Shown piece by piece: positions 1 through 11,032 of a DNA stretch of 64,000 bases. Every line of letters starts with the position of its first letter. The first letter of the stretch is position 1. Origin of the DNA: Octopus bimaculoides (lineage: Eukaryota); NCBI RefSeq assembly GCF_001194135.2, contig NC_068981.1, positions 78,892,147-78,956,146 on the forward strand. The letters are read 5' to 3'. The position numbers and the translations under genes are program-made. The notes under the pieces were generated by a model, which was not told the DNA's origin, did no database searches, and saw only the letters and a list, made by a program, of their open reading frames with translations.

Positions 1-98
1 TTTTTTATCATGAAAACTTTTGCTCCACAAGTTTTCCCCTAAAATGTGATGTCACTCCACATTTCGCCTATAAAGTGTAGTTTTTCACCTGTCATGCC

Positions 99-332
99 TC
101 ATGCAATTTTTGATGTTTTTCTTAACCTAAGTTTCTCAATTCTTTTCCATGTGTTGGTACCAATAATCAAGATGTCGCTACCAGAATCTATGTTCGACCT
201 TCCTAACTTTGCTCTATAATGTGAGCTCTTGTGTCCTACTTTTTGGCATCTGTAACATTTTTGCGTTTTGAAAGGACAATCCATCTTGAAATGTAGGGCT
301 CCACATCCGTAGCATGGGTTTGGTCTTAACAT
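99..332 (-). pseudogene. Gag nucleocapsid double zinc knuckle plus retroviral-type aspartic protease active-site remnant
   Basis: ORF contains CYGCGALHFKMDC and CYRCQKVGHKSSHY followed by IDSGSDILII (D-S-G protease motif). Confidence 0.75.
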
Positions 333-944
333 TTTTTTTATTTATACCTTCATCAGCACACTTGTACTCGTGAGAACTCCTTCCCTTCAATTTTCTTTAT
401 GTCCTTTGACACTCCTCTGCAACTGCCTACAGAGTTAAACTTTGGTCTACTTGTTCAAGTTTTGTGAGAATTCTTGCATGTAACTCCATATTTTTGTTTG
501 CCATAAGCCCTTGTACAAAATCGAGGCACTTAAACATAGCAGGAGTTAGTTCCTTCAGTTTAAACCTTTCGCACATTTGGTATATGGTCCCAGCATATGT
601 GACAAAGTTGTCATCCTCTTTTTTAACTAGATTCCAACACTCCCATCAAGTGTTAAAGAAAGAACTCTTATCACTGAATATTTTTGATAGTAGTCTGACT
701 GTTTCCTGGAAACAAATTTCACTAGTTTTTTGAGGTAGTATGAAATTACAATGTTTTTCATGCTCAGCCGTTGTCCATCCATGACTTGCAATCTTCCCTG
801 AAGATTTTTTTGTACCTTCTAAAGTATGCTGCAAATATTATACCCTCCTCTGGGTCATAACTGAATTTTGTTACAGAGTTCAATAAACCACCTGGTGAAA
901 ACGAACTTATAGTGATTCCAGACTTCCTTATTAATTCCAGCAAC

Positions 945-1065
945 TTCTGTTCGACTCTTAAGACTGTTGTTCGACTCTTGGGTACTGCTGTTCAACTCTT
1001 GGGCCCTGTAGTTCAACTCTTGGGTTCTGTTGTTCAACTCTTGAGTACTATTGTTCGACTCTTTC
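945..1065 (-). repeat. 21-bp tandem repeat, about 6 copies, in the gag N-terminal region
   Basis: GTTC(A/G)ACTCTT recurs on + at 949, 969, 990, 1011, 1032 and 1053. Confidence 0.85.
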
Positions 1066-1254
1066 TGCTGTTACTGCTGCAATGCAACTGATTGTGTTGT
1101 AGCTGGTGCTCTTGTAGTTTTTGGTGCAACTCCTGTTCCTGCTGTTGCTGTTGCTTTTGCAACTAACTGTATTACAGAAGCTAATAGGCCTTCCATCATA
1201 ATTTTGCATCACAAAAATTTTTAACTCACAAAAATTTTTAACTGACCTGTGTGA

Positions 1255-1274
1255 GGTTCGAATCCTCGTCACCA
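1255..1274 (-). other. Primer-binding site, tRNA-Ser(GCU)-like
   Basis: + strand GGTTCGAATCCTCGTCACCA resembles a tRNA 3' end (CCA terminus) and sits directly upstream of gag on the minus strand. The tRNA identity is from recollection of metazoan tRNA-Ser(GCU). Confidence 0.6.
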
Positions 1275-1280
1275 ATTAGC

Positions 1281-2180
1281 TAGCAGATGGGAACAGAAAC
1301 CTCTGCATGGCAAGTATGTGGCTTGTAGCAAACAAGCTGATGTCGACCAGAAACGCACGCATCAGTGGTTACGAAGTTCAGGGCTAAAAGCAGAGAGTGA
1401 AGGTTTCATAATGGCTGCTCAAGGCCAAAGCTTATTAACCCGGAACTACCAAGCCAATGTGATAAAAAATGGAGCTGACCCAAAATGCCGATTTTGTAAT
1501 GATGCGATTGAAACTATAGACCACCTAATCTCAGGGTGTAGAGTCTTAGCACCTGTAGAATATAAAGCAAGACATGACAGAGTTGGCCAGTATTTACACT
1601 GGACAATATGTCAGCATTATNNNNNNNNNNNNNNNNNNNNNNNNNNNNNNNNNNNNNNNNNNNNNNNNNNNNNNNNNNNNNNNNNNNNNNNNNNNNNNNN
1701 NNNNNNNNNNNNNNNNNNNNNNNNNNNNNNNNNNNNNNNNNNNNNNNNNNNNNNNNNNNNNNNNNNNNNNNNNNNNNNNNNNNNNNNNNNNNNNNNNNNN
1801 NNNNNNNNNNNNNNNNNNNNNNNNNNNNNNNNNNNNNNNNNNNNNNNNNNNNNNNNNNNNNNNNNNNNNNNNNNNNNNNNNNNNNNNNNNNNNNNNNNNN
1901 NNNNNNNNNNNNNNNNNNNNNNNNNNNNNNNNNNNNNNNNNNNNNNNNNNNNNNNNNNNNNNNNNNNNNNNNNNNNNNNNNNNNNNNNNNNNNNNNNNNN
2001 NNNNNNNNNNNNNNNNNNNNNNNNNNNNNNNNNNNNNNNNNNNNNNNNNNNNNNNNNNNNNNNNNNNNNNNNNNNNNGTGTAAACTGGGAATGCATACAA
2101 CGAGTTTCTCTGCCCTAGGTGTACGGAAAACACTCGGCGAGAAATGGAAGAAAATTTGAAGAAAGAAGAAAAAAAACAAC
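1281..2180 (+). mobile_element. 5'-truncated R4/Dong-like non-LTR retrotransposon (RLE clade), 3' part, interrupted by an N gap
   Basis: RWEQKPLHGKY...WLRSSGLKAESEGFIMAAQ.QSL.TRNY, knuckle CRFCNDAIETIDHLISGC, RHD motif. The 3' end is A-rich and abuts (TAA)n. Confidence 0.8.
1621..2077. other. Assembly gap (N run)
   Basis: Run of n. Confidence 0.99.
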
Positions 2181-2412
2181 ATAATAATAATAATAATCCT
2201 TTCTACTACAGGCACAAGGCTTGAAATTTGGTGGGAGGGAACTAGTCAATTACATCAACCCCAGTGTTTCGCTGGTACTTAATTTATTGACCCAAAAGGA
2301 TGAAAGGCAAAGTCAACCATGACAGAATTTTGAATCAGAATGTAGCTAGTGACAAGCAAAATATCACTAAGCATTTCATCCAGCACGCTAACGATTCTGC
2401 CAGCTTGCAGCC

Positions 2413-2460
<48 letters not shown>

Positions 2461-2680
2461 GTAATCTTTTCTACTATAGGCACAAGGCCTGAAATTTGGG
2501 AGAGGTGAATGATCAATTACATCAACCCCAGTACTCAACTGGTGCTTAATCTATTGACCCCGAAAGGATGAAAAGTAAAGTCGACCTCAGCATAATTTGA
2601 ACTCAGAACATAGCAGCAGACGAAATACCACTAAGAATTTTGCCTGGCATGCTAACAATTCTGCCAGCTCGCTGCCTTCA
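2181..2680 (-). mobile_element. Two tandem tRNA-derived SINE copies (family A) joined by (TAA)n
   Basis: Minus strand shows A-box-like GCTGGCAGAATCG/TTG, B-box-like GATTCAAAATTC/GAGTTCAAAT, core GACTTTGCCTTTCATCCTTT and an (ATT)n tail. The same family occurs at 54356-54825. Confidence 0.85.
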
Positions 2681-2849
2681 TAATAATGATAATAATAATA
2701 ATGATGATGACGATGACGATGATGATAATAATAATAATAATAGCTTATTTAGGCTATGGAAAGGAGAATATAGCTGATTTATTACACTCCACACTTAGAA
2801 AATAAATATCATCATAACCATTATTTTATTATTATTGTGTATCACTTGA

Positions 2850-2990
2850 TGCTCTGATTTCAAATCCCACCAAAGTCGACTTTGCCTTTCATCCCCCTGC
2901 TGTTGATAAAATACACTAGCAGCCAAGTAATGAGGTTGTTCTAATCAATTGACCCCCTCTCACAATAGCTGATTTTATGCCTAGATTAGA
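2850..2990 (+). mobile_element. SINE family A fragment
   Basis: TTTCAAATCCC..AAAGTCGACTTTGCCTTTCATCC core. Confidence 0.6.
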
Positions 2991-3271
2991 AATCAGTGTT
3001 GTTGTTGTTGTTGTTCATGCCACTGCTGATGCTGCTGTAGTTGATGATGCTTGTTGTGAACAGGCATGTTTCACTAAGTGAGCTTCACTTAAAAGATATT
3101 TTTTTCAGGATTATTTAATGGAAAACAAGCTTTACTGTGCTTTGTTTTGTTTTATTCAGATTCTTTTTTTAATGGACAAAAGGCTTCAGAATATTGGAAA
3201 TGGTTCATCCTTTGACAATTTTTTTGGTGTACTAATATGTTTTGCAAACATACTGCATGATTTGCTTAATA

Positions 3272-3727
3272 CTGGTTTAATATGGCCACTTTGGGAGTAA
3301 TGGGAGGAGGTGCCCCCATCAAAGTGAACCAAAACCAGATTTAAAAATAAAGAAACAAGCAAAAACACAATGACATGACAATCAAAGAAAACTGACAGTT
3401 ACACAATTACAATTTGACAAGCGCAAAAGGAAAAAGATGGTAAAATGCACACTAAAACAACATCTTTTTGCTAGCATTGCAAGCCAAAAAATACTATACA
3501 TCAGTCAACTCCAGGCAAAAGAAAAAAGTATACAGGTTTTCCATATAGTCCCAAAAGAGCTGCGGGGAACTCTGGCCAATATGAGGCAGGACGTGTGCCC
3601 CTTGATTTAATATGGCTACTTTGGGGGTAATGGGAGAAGGTGTCCCCAACTAAGTGAATATGCCCACCAAAACCAGATTTAAAAATAAAGAAACAAGCAA
3701 AAACACAAAGACATGACAATCAAAGAA
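3272..3727 (+). repeat. ~125-bp imperfect direct repeat (3272-3390 and 3601-3727)
   Basis: Both copies share TTTAATATGGC.ACTTTGGG.GTAATGGGAG.AGGTG and CCAAAACCAGATTTAAAAATAAAGAAACAAGCAAAAACACAA.GACATGACAATCAAAGAAA. Confidence 0.85.
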
Positions 3728-3729
3728 AG

Positions 3730-4330
3730 CAGGTGTCAGGACTTTTAAGGCCAAGAATTAAGTTAGGAGACATGGACTAGAAGCCTGCCCACAAGCTGGT
3801 GTAACAGTATGTTGATCACAGGAATATAATTATAATGACTAGTGGTATTATTATGGACACTGACCCTTGGCTTGTCATCACCATTGTACAACAGTATGGT
3901 CATGTGGTAAACATGGAGGAGACCTGCAACAACATTTAGTCAGGTGGAATTTGTATTGACACCTTCCCCTAAGTCCTTGTAACTATGATGAACGTAGGGC
4001 TTACCAAGTTGTAAAATGCATGGCAGTAAAAGCCACTCAAGGGCTTTCTACCCAGAAGAGGAAAAGCAACAACAATAACAGAGAAACTAAAGACAGCAGA
4101 AATAGTAAAAGTAATAGGTTCCTGAGGTGAAGATCAAGACAGCAACTACTGCAGTTACTACTTCTTCTAGAGCACCACTGATTGCAACTTCAGCATTAGG
4201 CAGAGATACAATAACTAGGGGAATTATATTATCTCTCTTTCAAAACCATTAATTCAAGACAAAGAAGGGTACCAAGAAGCAAAGAAGTTTCCTACTCCTC
4301 CAGCAGAAGACCATTCACTGGTTCATAACA
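3730..4330 (+). pseudogene. Possible highly decayed retroelement ORF1/gag remnant
   Basis: Higher GC than the flanks. Broken frames give QQYGHVVNMEE and a knuckle-like SCKMHGSKSH. Weak. Confidence 0.25.
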
Positions 4331-4809
4331 ACAATGGCTAGATTAAAGAAATCAGAAAAAGTCACCTCCGTTGACATAAAAGGTTTCTCAAATGCAGCCT
4401 ATATGAAGCAGCTGTTTCTCAATTCATGCAAAAGGCAGCCTTTAAGATGCATGCTTATATGAAACATGTGTAAAAAGTGTGTTGTTGGTTTGTTAAGAAG
4501 CAACCAAGGGAACGGAACTGAATGTGGAATACATGCAGAGAGTGAAAACAAGACAATGATGTTCTTCACAATTATACACCTAAACATTTGTAGGAGAAAA
4601 ATTAATTAACTGAATAAACCACAAGACATGCCTGGTTCTTAGTTTATCATCATTAAAGGCAAAGGTAATCTCAAGCAGGATTTGAACTCAGAGCACAAGA
4701 TATTTCATTATTATATCATAATTGTAATTATTGCATACATAAGAAAAACGAAAAAAGTACACACACAGATATGTGCATATGTATGCGCAAATGCAGCAAT
4801 ATTCTTTCA

Positions 4810-4950
4810 TATATAATTAAGAAGTTGCTTTTCAGTCATGAGAGTTCCAATTCAATCTTGCTGCATGATATCTTGGTCAAGTGTCTTCTATCATAGTCTT
4901 AGGTTGACCAAATCCTAAGTAAAACCTGGCAAACAGAAATTGGGAGAAAC
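4810..4950 (+). mobile_element. SINE family B fragment, decayed
   Basis: AAGAAGTTGCTT...GGTCAAGTGTCTTCTATCATAG...GACCAAA...AAACAGAAATTG matches family B. Confidence 0.6.
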
Positions 4951-5049
4951 CCACAGAATTTATATGTGTTACATATCAGCTTGAAATGTTAGGACCAGTG
5001 CATCATGAAAAGTACATTATGATATTGGAGTATGCTCCCGTTCCACCTT

Positions 5050-5450
5050 ACATCATCATTATCAACTTTTCCATGCTGACATGGGCCAGACAGAATTTGT
5101 TAAAACAGATTTCCTATGACTGGATGTCCTTTCTATCATCAATATTCACCTATTTCCAAGCAAGGTAATATTTTCTCAGGGCCAGATGCATTTTCATGGA
5201 AGACTGGGAACATATAACAGCACTTGTATGACAGTAATGCTTGCTTACAATTATCAAGTAATATCTAGACCATGGTCCAAACACACACACACGTTTCGTT
5301 CAGTTTCCAGTCACCAGATCCACTCACAAAGGTTTGTTCAGCCCAGGGAATATGATAAAAGACATTTCCTAAATTGCCACATGGTGGGACTGAACCTGAG
5401 ACCATGTGGTTGGGAAGCAAGCCTCTTAACCACACAACCATGCTTACACC
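5050..5450 (-). mobile_element. SINE family D-type 3' fragment plus SINE family B 5' half
   Basis: CATCATCATTATCAAC..TTTCCATGCTGACATGGG and GGATGTCCTT (family D). GGGACTGAACCTGAGACCATGTGGTTGGGAAGCAAGCCTCTTAACCACACAACCA (family B head). Confidence 0.7.
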
Positions 5451-6415
5451 TAGATATGGTTGACAAAATAAATATTGGATCAATACAAGTGACTAAAATC
5501 TTTGGAGGTGATGCCCCAGCAATAACTGAAAACCAATAAAATAACAATACAAACCCACATATAAACAAACACACACACACAAGCATGATTTTAAGTATGT
5601 ATACACAAGTATAACAATATTCATGTCATACAAATCTTAACACCAGTCACATCTATTTGGAAACAAGCATAGACACACACACACACAAACACACACTGGA
5701 TGTTCTCAAGACGATCTTGGCGCTTAAGTGAAATCATTGTATATGGAAAATAGACAAATTAATACTCAATAACAACAACAAATCAATAAGTTAAAATAGC
5801 ATTCCTCTTCTACTGCCCATCTTAAATATGCACACCATATCACAGTATATCACAAACAAGACAAACACAGATAAGCAACAACAGATAACATTGAAGCTTC
5901 GATTATCCTCGATCTTTTTTTTTTTTTTTTTCGTTGAAATTCTTTTCTCTTTTTTGTGCATTCTTTTTTTTTAAATCATTGTTTTGTTTGATTTTCAATG
6001 AAATACATTCAGACTATTATAAGAATATAATGCCAAAGTTTGATACTAACTTGAAAAAACTGACTGCACAAACCATAAAGAGACATTGTGGAAACTGCAA
6101 AAAAGATATTTTGCTGAAAAAGCAAAATTTGTACATTAAAAAAGAAAACAAAAGCAGAAAAAATATAAACAACCAGTCCTTCCTTTAATAGTAACAAGGA
6201 TCTGGTAAACATCTAGTATCAACACCCCACCCCAGAAAATAGATTTGAAATATCTGACAAATATATGCACTACATAGTAGTAATAGTAGTGGTAGTAGTG
6301 TGAGAAACACAGATCGAGAGAAAGGAGAAGCAACAAGTAATGCAGAATAACAAACATATAACAAACAATAAGTCTACGTAACAATATAAAAATAAGTATA
6401 GCAATGTGTGTGGGT

Positions 6416-6416
6416 G

Positions 6417-6486
<70 letters not shown>
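6416..6486. repeat. Compound (CA)n(TA)n microsatellite
   Basis: Directly visible. Confidence 0.95.
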
Positions 6487-6692
6487 GGTGCGTTTCTTTA
6501 TCTGTTTTATTGATTTAATATCTATTTTGACACACATGCATACAGACAGTATGATGCATGCTTCATTTTTCACTGCCAAAAAAAAAAAAAAATGAAAATT
6601 CAAAAAATGTTCCAAGACTTCAAATGGTCAGAACCCCTTATAACCCAACAGCAAAGATCTGATAAGCCTGTCTGGAACAAGGAAACATTTAA

Positions 6693-6872
6693 CTCTTTAG
6701 CATTTAAACTGGCTATATCTGGCCCAAATCAGCCAGATCCCATCTCTCACACCTACCCTACAATGAGATTCTAAAAATATGTAATCATATCATCAAAATC
6801 TTGATAAGACATGATTAATTCAAAACAATGTGAATAAATAAGCATTACATTTGACAGAGTAATCTGAATGGG
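6693..6872. mobile_element. piggyBac-like MITE, family 1
   Basis: TTAA|CTCTTTAGCATT...CTGAATGGG|TTAA. The internal sequence matches 16962-17181 and 22882-23046. Confidence 0.7.
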
Positions 6873-9384
6873 TTAAATACATCCTTCACAATATTCCAAC
6901 ATCTTCCAGTGTACTTTGACATTTAGAAAATCCTGTTTATGTGGCCCAATACCAAAAGTTCTAAATTCCAGTTAATGGTCCATACAAACTATCAATATTT
7001 CTGGTGTCATTCAGTGATTACTATTGAAGTATAATAAACTACACTGTATGAACTGTTGATTAGTATTTTGCTCATACTACCAACACTGCAAATGTTATCT
7101 AACTGCATGTAGCTAACAAGTATAAATACAACATAGAAAGGAGAAGGAAATATTGTCAATTTGCAGACTCATCCAATTCCTATGATGGAATGTGAATAGG
7201 CTGAGTTACAGTATGAAGATGGAGCTTTCAATGTTTGCCAAATGACCCAACAGTTTAGAATGCATTACTGTTACATCATCATAACTATTGAGGAACAGCA
7301 TGTTGAAGCACAATGGCAGTAGACTCATTAAAATACACTAGTTTAACACCTTTGGTATTAATCAGAGATAACTAAAGTCAATTTAGCGATTTAGCAATTA
7401 CCCATTAAAAGCAAACTGGTGAAACTGTTGGAAGAGTGTTGGAAAAAATGTTATGTAGTATTTATTCCTATTCTTTTATATTCTGAGTTCAAATCCTATT
7501 ATGGTCAACTATGCCTTTCACTTCTCCAGGTTCAATAAAACAAAGTACTAGTCCAGGGCTATGAGTAAGCCAAATTTTTTGTTCTGCCTCTTGAGACTTG
7601 AGTGCCACAGCATGAACAAGAAATTTAACTGCATCTGTCCCACAGGATGGTATATTGTAGAAAAAAAGATAAATTTTTAAAATATTAAAAAACTCAAGGA
7701 AGCAACAGAAAACCACTTTGTATTCTCCTACGAAAATTCTTTGCAAAGCACATAAGCTTGTTTAACAGGACTCAGTCACCAAGTCAATTATCTCAAGACA
7801 ACAAATACATAAGGTAAATGTAAATGCTTTCTCAAGCCTGAGAAGTTTTTAAGAGCTCAGCTACTTTCATGGTGGGAAGCAGATAAAAATATAAATCCCT
7901 TATATGACAGGGAAATAGTCTATTACAGAGAACATTCCCAAATTATTTGTATTCCAATTCTTAATAGCTAAGTGTAGTGAACTAAGACAATAAGGAATGA
8001 AGTGTTCAGTTCAGAAATACATCTGCATCAACATATCTCTAATCATAACATGGAAGCAACCAGTCCATTATCAATTATCTCACCTCCAGAATTAACATAT
8101 TGGTAAACAGTTTATGGCAGTGAAAACATATTGGAAGAGCTAGTGTAGTTTTTATGGCATTGAAAATATTTGGTGAAGTCCAACTGTTTCAGGAGTGAAA
8201 GCAAATTAAGTAACCAGAATAACTCCTACCACAGTAAAAATACTGAAGCTCTATAGTTACTGAACTAATTTAACCTGCTGCACAAAACAAGTAGTAGCAT
8301 AGTGAATATTGCTTAAAATGGCTGAAAGATTAGTGAATTATCTTCCCAAGCAAAGGGATTAACTCTCTATACAAAATGTATGTCAGATGCATCTACAGCA
8401 ATGAAAAAAAAAAAAGAAAAAGAAAAAAACAACAACAAAGTAGTGCTGAATTAAGTAGACTGAGGTCAGTATAATCAGTGAGATAAGTATTTTGAATCTA
8501 ATATATTATGTTGCTTAGAAATCAAAGATTTTTAACATTTAGAGAGAGAGAGAGGGGGGAGGGAAGGAGGAGGGAGCTGAGGGATATAAAGAGAAAAATT
8601 TTGGTAGTGTGAATGTGTTACAAGAATAAACCATGAAATTTATGACTTAATCCTTTTGAGCTACACTTGTCTCAGAGCTAGTATTGGTCTCTTGTTTCCC
8701 TGTTTCTGTTGAAATACACTACCTTTGTCGCAATTAATTTTGAAAATAATGAAGAATTGAGTAAAAAAAAATTTCTCATTAAGCTGATGTCTGAAATTTT
8801 GATCGAAAGTTTTAAAATTCGGATCACTTTAAAACAAGAAGTTTGCATCATAGAACCAAAGCGGTCACAGGTAGGTTGGTATCAAAAGGGTCAAAAAAGA
8901 AAATGGAAAAAAAAGAAAAGATACTACTACACTAAAGAAAACAAATAGTTCTGTGATATAAAATGAATAAGAGTGTTATATAAAATTCTGCAACAAATTT
9001 ACTATATCTTAGAATTGGATACCTATATATAGACACACACACAAAAACTCAGTATGTTTATTATATATAGAGTTAATTCATAAACCAGAATAAACCAAAC
9101 TATTTCTATGTTGTTTGCTCTTTTTTCATATTTTTTCTCACACTCAACCCAACTTGCACCATGAATAAGACATGGGTAAATAAAAAATCACATTGATGAT
9201 CATTTTACAAATAGTTCATCTTCATTTTCCAGGTCAACAATTCATAACACAAATTGAAAGAGGGCTTTTATAATCATTTATTTTAGCAATGGTTCCTTAG
9301 AATAGTTAATTTATTGACATTATGAAAACCACTAGAATAAAATAGTTGTTTGTTTCCATTGAGAAACATGAACCAATGAAATGA

Positions 9385-9900
9385 TCACCATCATCACCAT
9401 CATTGTTTAACGTCTCTGTCTTCTATGCTGGAATGGGTTGGATAGTTTGACAAAATCTGACAAACCAGAGAAATGCATCAAGCTCTGATGTCTGGTGGGA
9501 ACAGCCTTGCTTCCAACACCAGTTTCTCCTTTAGACAATTGTTTCAAATATTGGTTCACCACCTGTTGTATCCCCCATCTTCTATCCCCACACTCACTTC
9601 ACACCCCCACAAACCTATTTGCACACAGTGTGTCTCTGATGAATTATCTCTCACTCCCTCACAACATATCTTCTTCCCTCCCTCTACCTGCATACACTCA
9701 CCACATTTCCTCCCCTCTATTTCCTACTTTCCTTTCACAATCTCATGAACTTACCTGCCCATTTATCCTATTTAACCCTCTGTATCTCTTCACTTACATA
9801 TATCCTCAAACTTGAGTGAACATCCCATCACATCATCTTCCCCCCTCTCCCTCCTCTCTCTCTCCAATTGATATTGTCATGTATCTCTTCTGCTGCAAGA
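9385..9900 (-). mobile_element. Decayed RTE-like LINE 3' remnant ending in the family D-type (GAT)n tail
   Basis: The tail CATCATCACCATCATTGTTTAACGTC..TTCTATGCTGGAATGGGTTGG is clear. The upstream purine-rich minus strand resembles RTE C-terminal coding sequence only weakly. Confidence 0.4.
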
Positions 9901-10560
9901 CACCTATTTTTATCCCTCTATCATACCAACCTCTCATCACCTGGTACAAAGCCACTTCCCTCGATATTACTCCTCGGTGCAGTCTTTGCCAGCTACTGTC
10001 AAATCTTCCAACCCAGGTCAGTATGGAAGGAAGCCACTAAATGATGATGATTATGGTGTTGATGATAGACACAACACCTGAAATTTTGGGGTGAGAGGGT
10101 TAGACAATATCACCAATAGAATCAAGCATCAGTATTTGTTGGGTACTTTATTTTATCAAACCCCCAAAAAAGCTAAATGACAAGTTAACCTCAGCAGGAT
10201 ATGAATTTGAAAGGTAAATAACAAAAAAAATTCAGCTAGATGACATTTTCTTTAGTTAGACAACATTATAAAAAAGGGAGAGAGGGAAGGTGGAGAAAGA
10301 GGAGAGAGGAGAGAAAGAGAAACAGAATAAAAACAATTAAATCAAGTTCATTATATTACTGGTGTTTATTTTATGAACACCAGAAGCAAAATGCAATTGC
10401 CTCCACCTGGAATTGAACAATAAAAACATGAGATACAAAACTAAGAATGACAAATCAATATAATCCATCCTTACTTCCTGTAGGAGTGTCAGGAACTCAT
10501 CATCATATATTTTTTTATTCAACTTTTTCATTGCCCTTCCTGATGCCAACATTTATTTAT

Positions 10561-11032
10561 TACCCTTTTACTTGTTTCAGTCATTTGACTGCAGCCATGC
10601 TGGAGCACCGCCTTTAGTCGAGCAAATCGACCCCAGGGCTTATTCTTTGGAAACCTAGTACTTATTCTATCGGTCTCTTTTTGCCGAACCACTAAGTTAC
10701 GGGGAAGTAAACACACCAGCATCGGTTGTCAAGCGATGTTGGGGGGGGNNNNNNNNNNNNNNNNNNNNNNNNNNNNNNNNNNNNNNNNNNNNNNNNNNNN
10801 NNNNNNNGGGGGGGGGGGACAAACACAGACACACAAACACACATATATATATATACATATACATATATACAACGGGCTTCTTTCAGTTTCCATCTACCAA
10901 ATCCACTCACAAGGCTTTGGTCGGCCCGAGACTATAGTAGAAGACACTTGCCCAAGGTGTCACGCAGTGGGACTGAACCTGGAACCATGTGGTTGGTAAG
11001 CAAGCTACTTACCACACAGCCACTCCTGCACC
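10561..11032 (-). mobile_element. Near full-length, young SINE family B copy (contains an N gap)
   Basis: Head GTGGCTGTGTGGTAAGTAGCTTGCTTACCAACCACATGGTTCCAGGTTCAGTCCCACTGCG, internal TA/TG microsatellite, 3' GCGGTGCTCCAGCATGGCTGCAGTCAAATGACTGAAACAAGTAAAAG. CpGs are retained. Confidence 0.9.
10749..10807. other. Assembly gap (N run) inside a poly-G
   Basis: Run of n flanked by G on both sides. Confidence 0.99.

Larger units (their letters stand above)
1..1274 (-). mobile_element. Decayed Ty3/Gypsy (Mag-like) LTR retrotransposon: PBS, gag and start of protease, running off the left edge
   Basis: Minus-strand translation gives gag-like FKCLDFVQGL..ELHARILTKLEQ..LTL*AVAEECQR with stops, then two zinc knuckles and a protease-like IDSGSD..TWK, then GMTGEKLHFIG. 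A PBS-like TGGTGACGAGGAT lies at 1274-1262. Confidence 0.8.

Noticed and set aside
1252-1274. tRNA gene suggested by GGTTCGAATCC and CCA
   Set aside because: There is no D-arm, anticodon arm or 5' acceptor strand, and a genomic CCA is not expected in eukaryotic tRNA genes. Its position fits a retrotransposon PBS.
1514-2215. Long ORFs in the track spanning N runs (also 10692-11046, 49000-49233, 56930-57909)
   Set aside because: Their length comes from X codons in assembly gaps. Only the R4/Dong part before the first gap is real coding-derived sequence.
2181-2680. SINE family A as the non-autonomous partner of the R4/Dong LINE
   Set aside because: The SINE's sense tail is (ATT)n while the LINE's sense flank is (TAA)n, i.e. 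opposite orientation on the target. I saw no shared 3' sequence.
7489-7746. 85-aa minus-strand ORF as a host exon
   Set aside because: Its distal part is the antisense of a SINE A fragment (7480-7570), and it lacks a convincing donor.
8100-8392. Very strong acceptor (poly-T...CATTGCTGTAG) at 8393
   Set aside because: All three frames stop within about 20 codons and no donor was found. It could be a terminal exon but cannot be supported.
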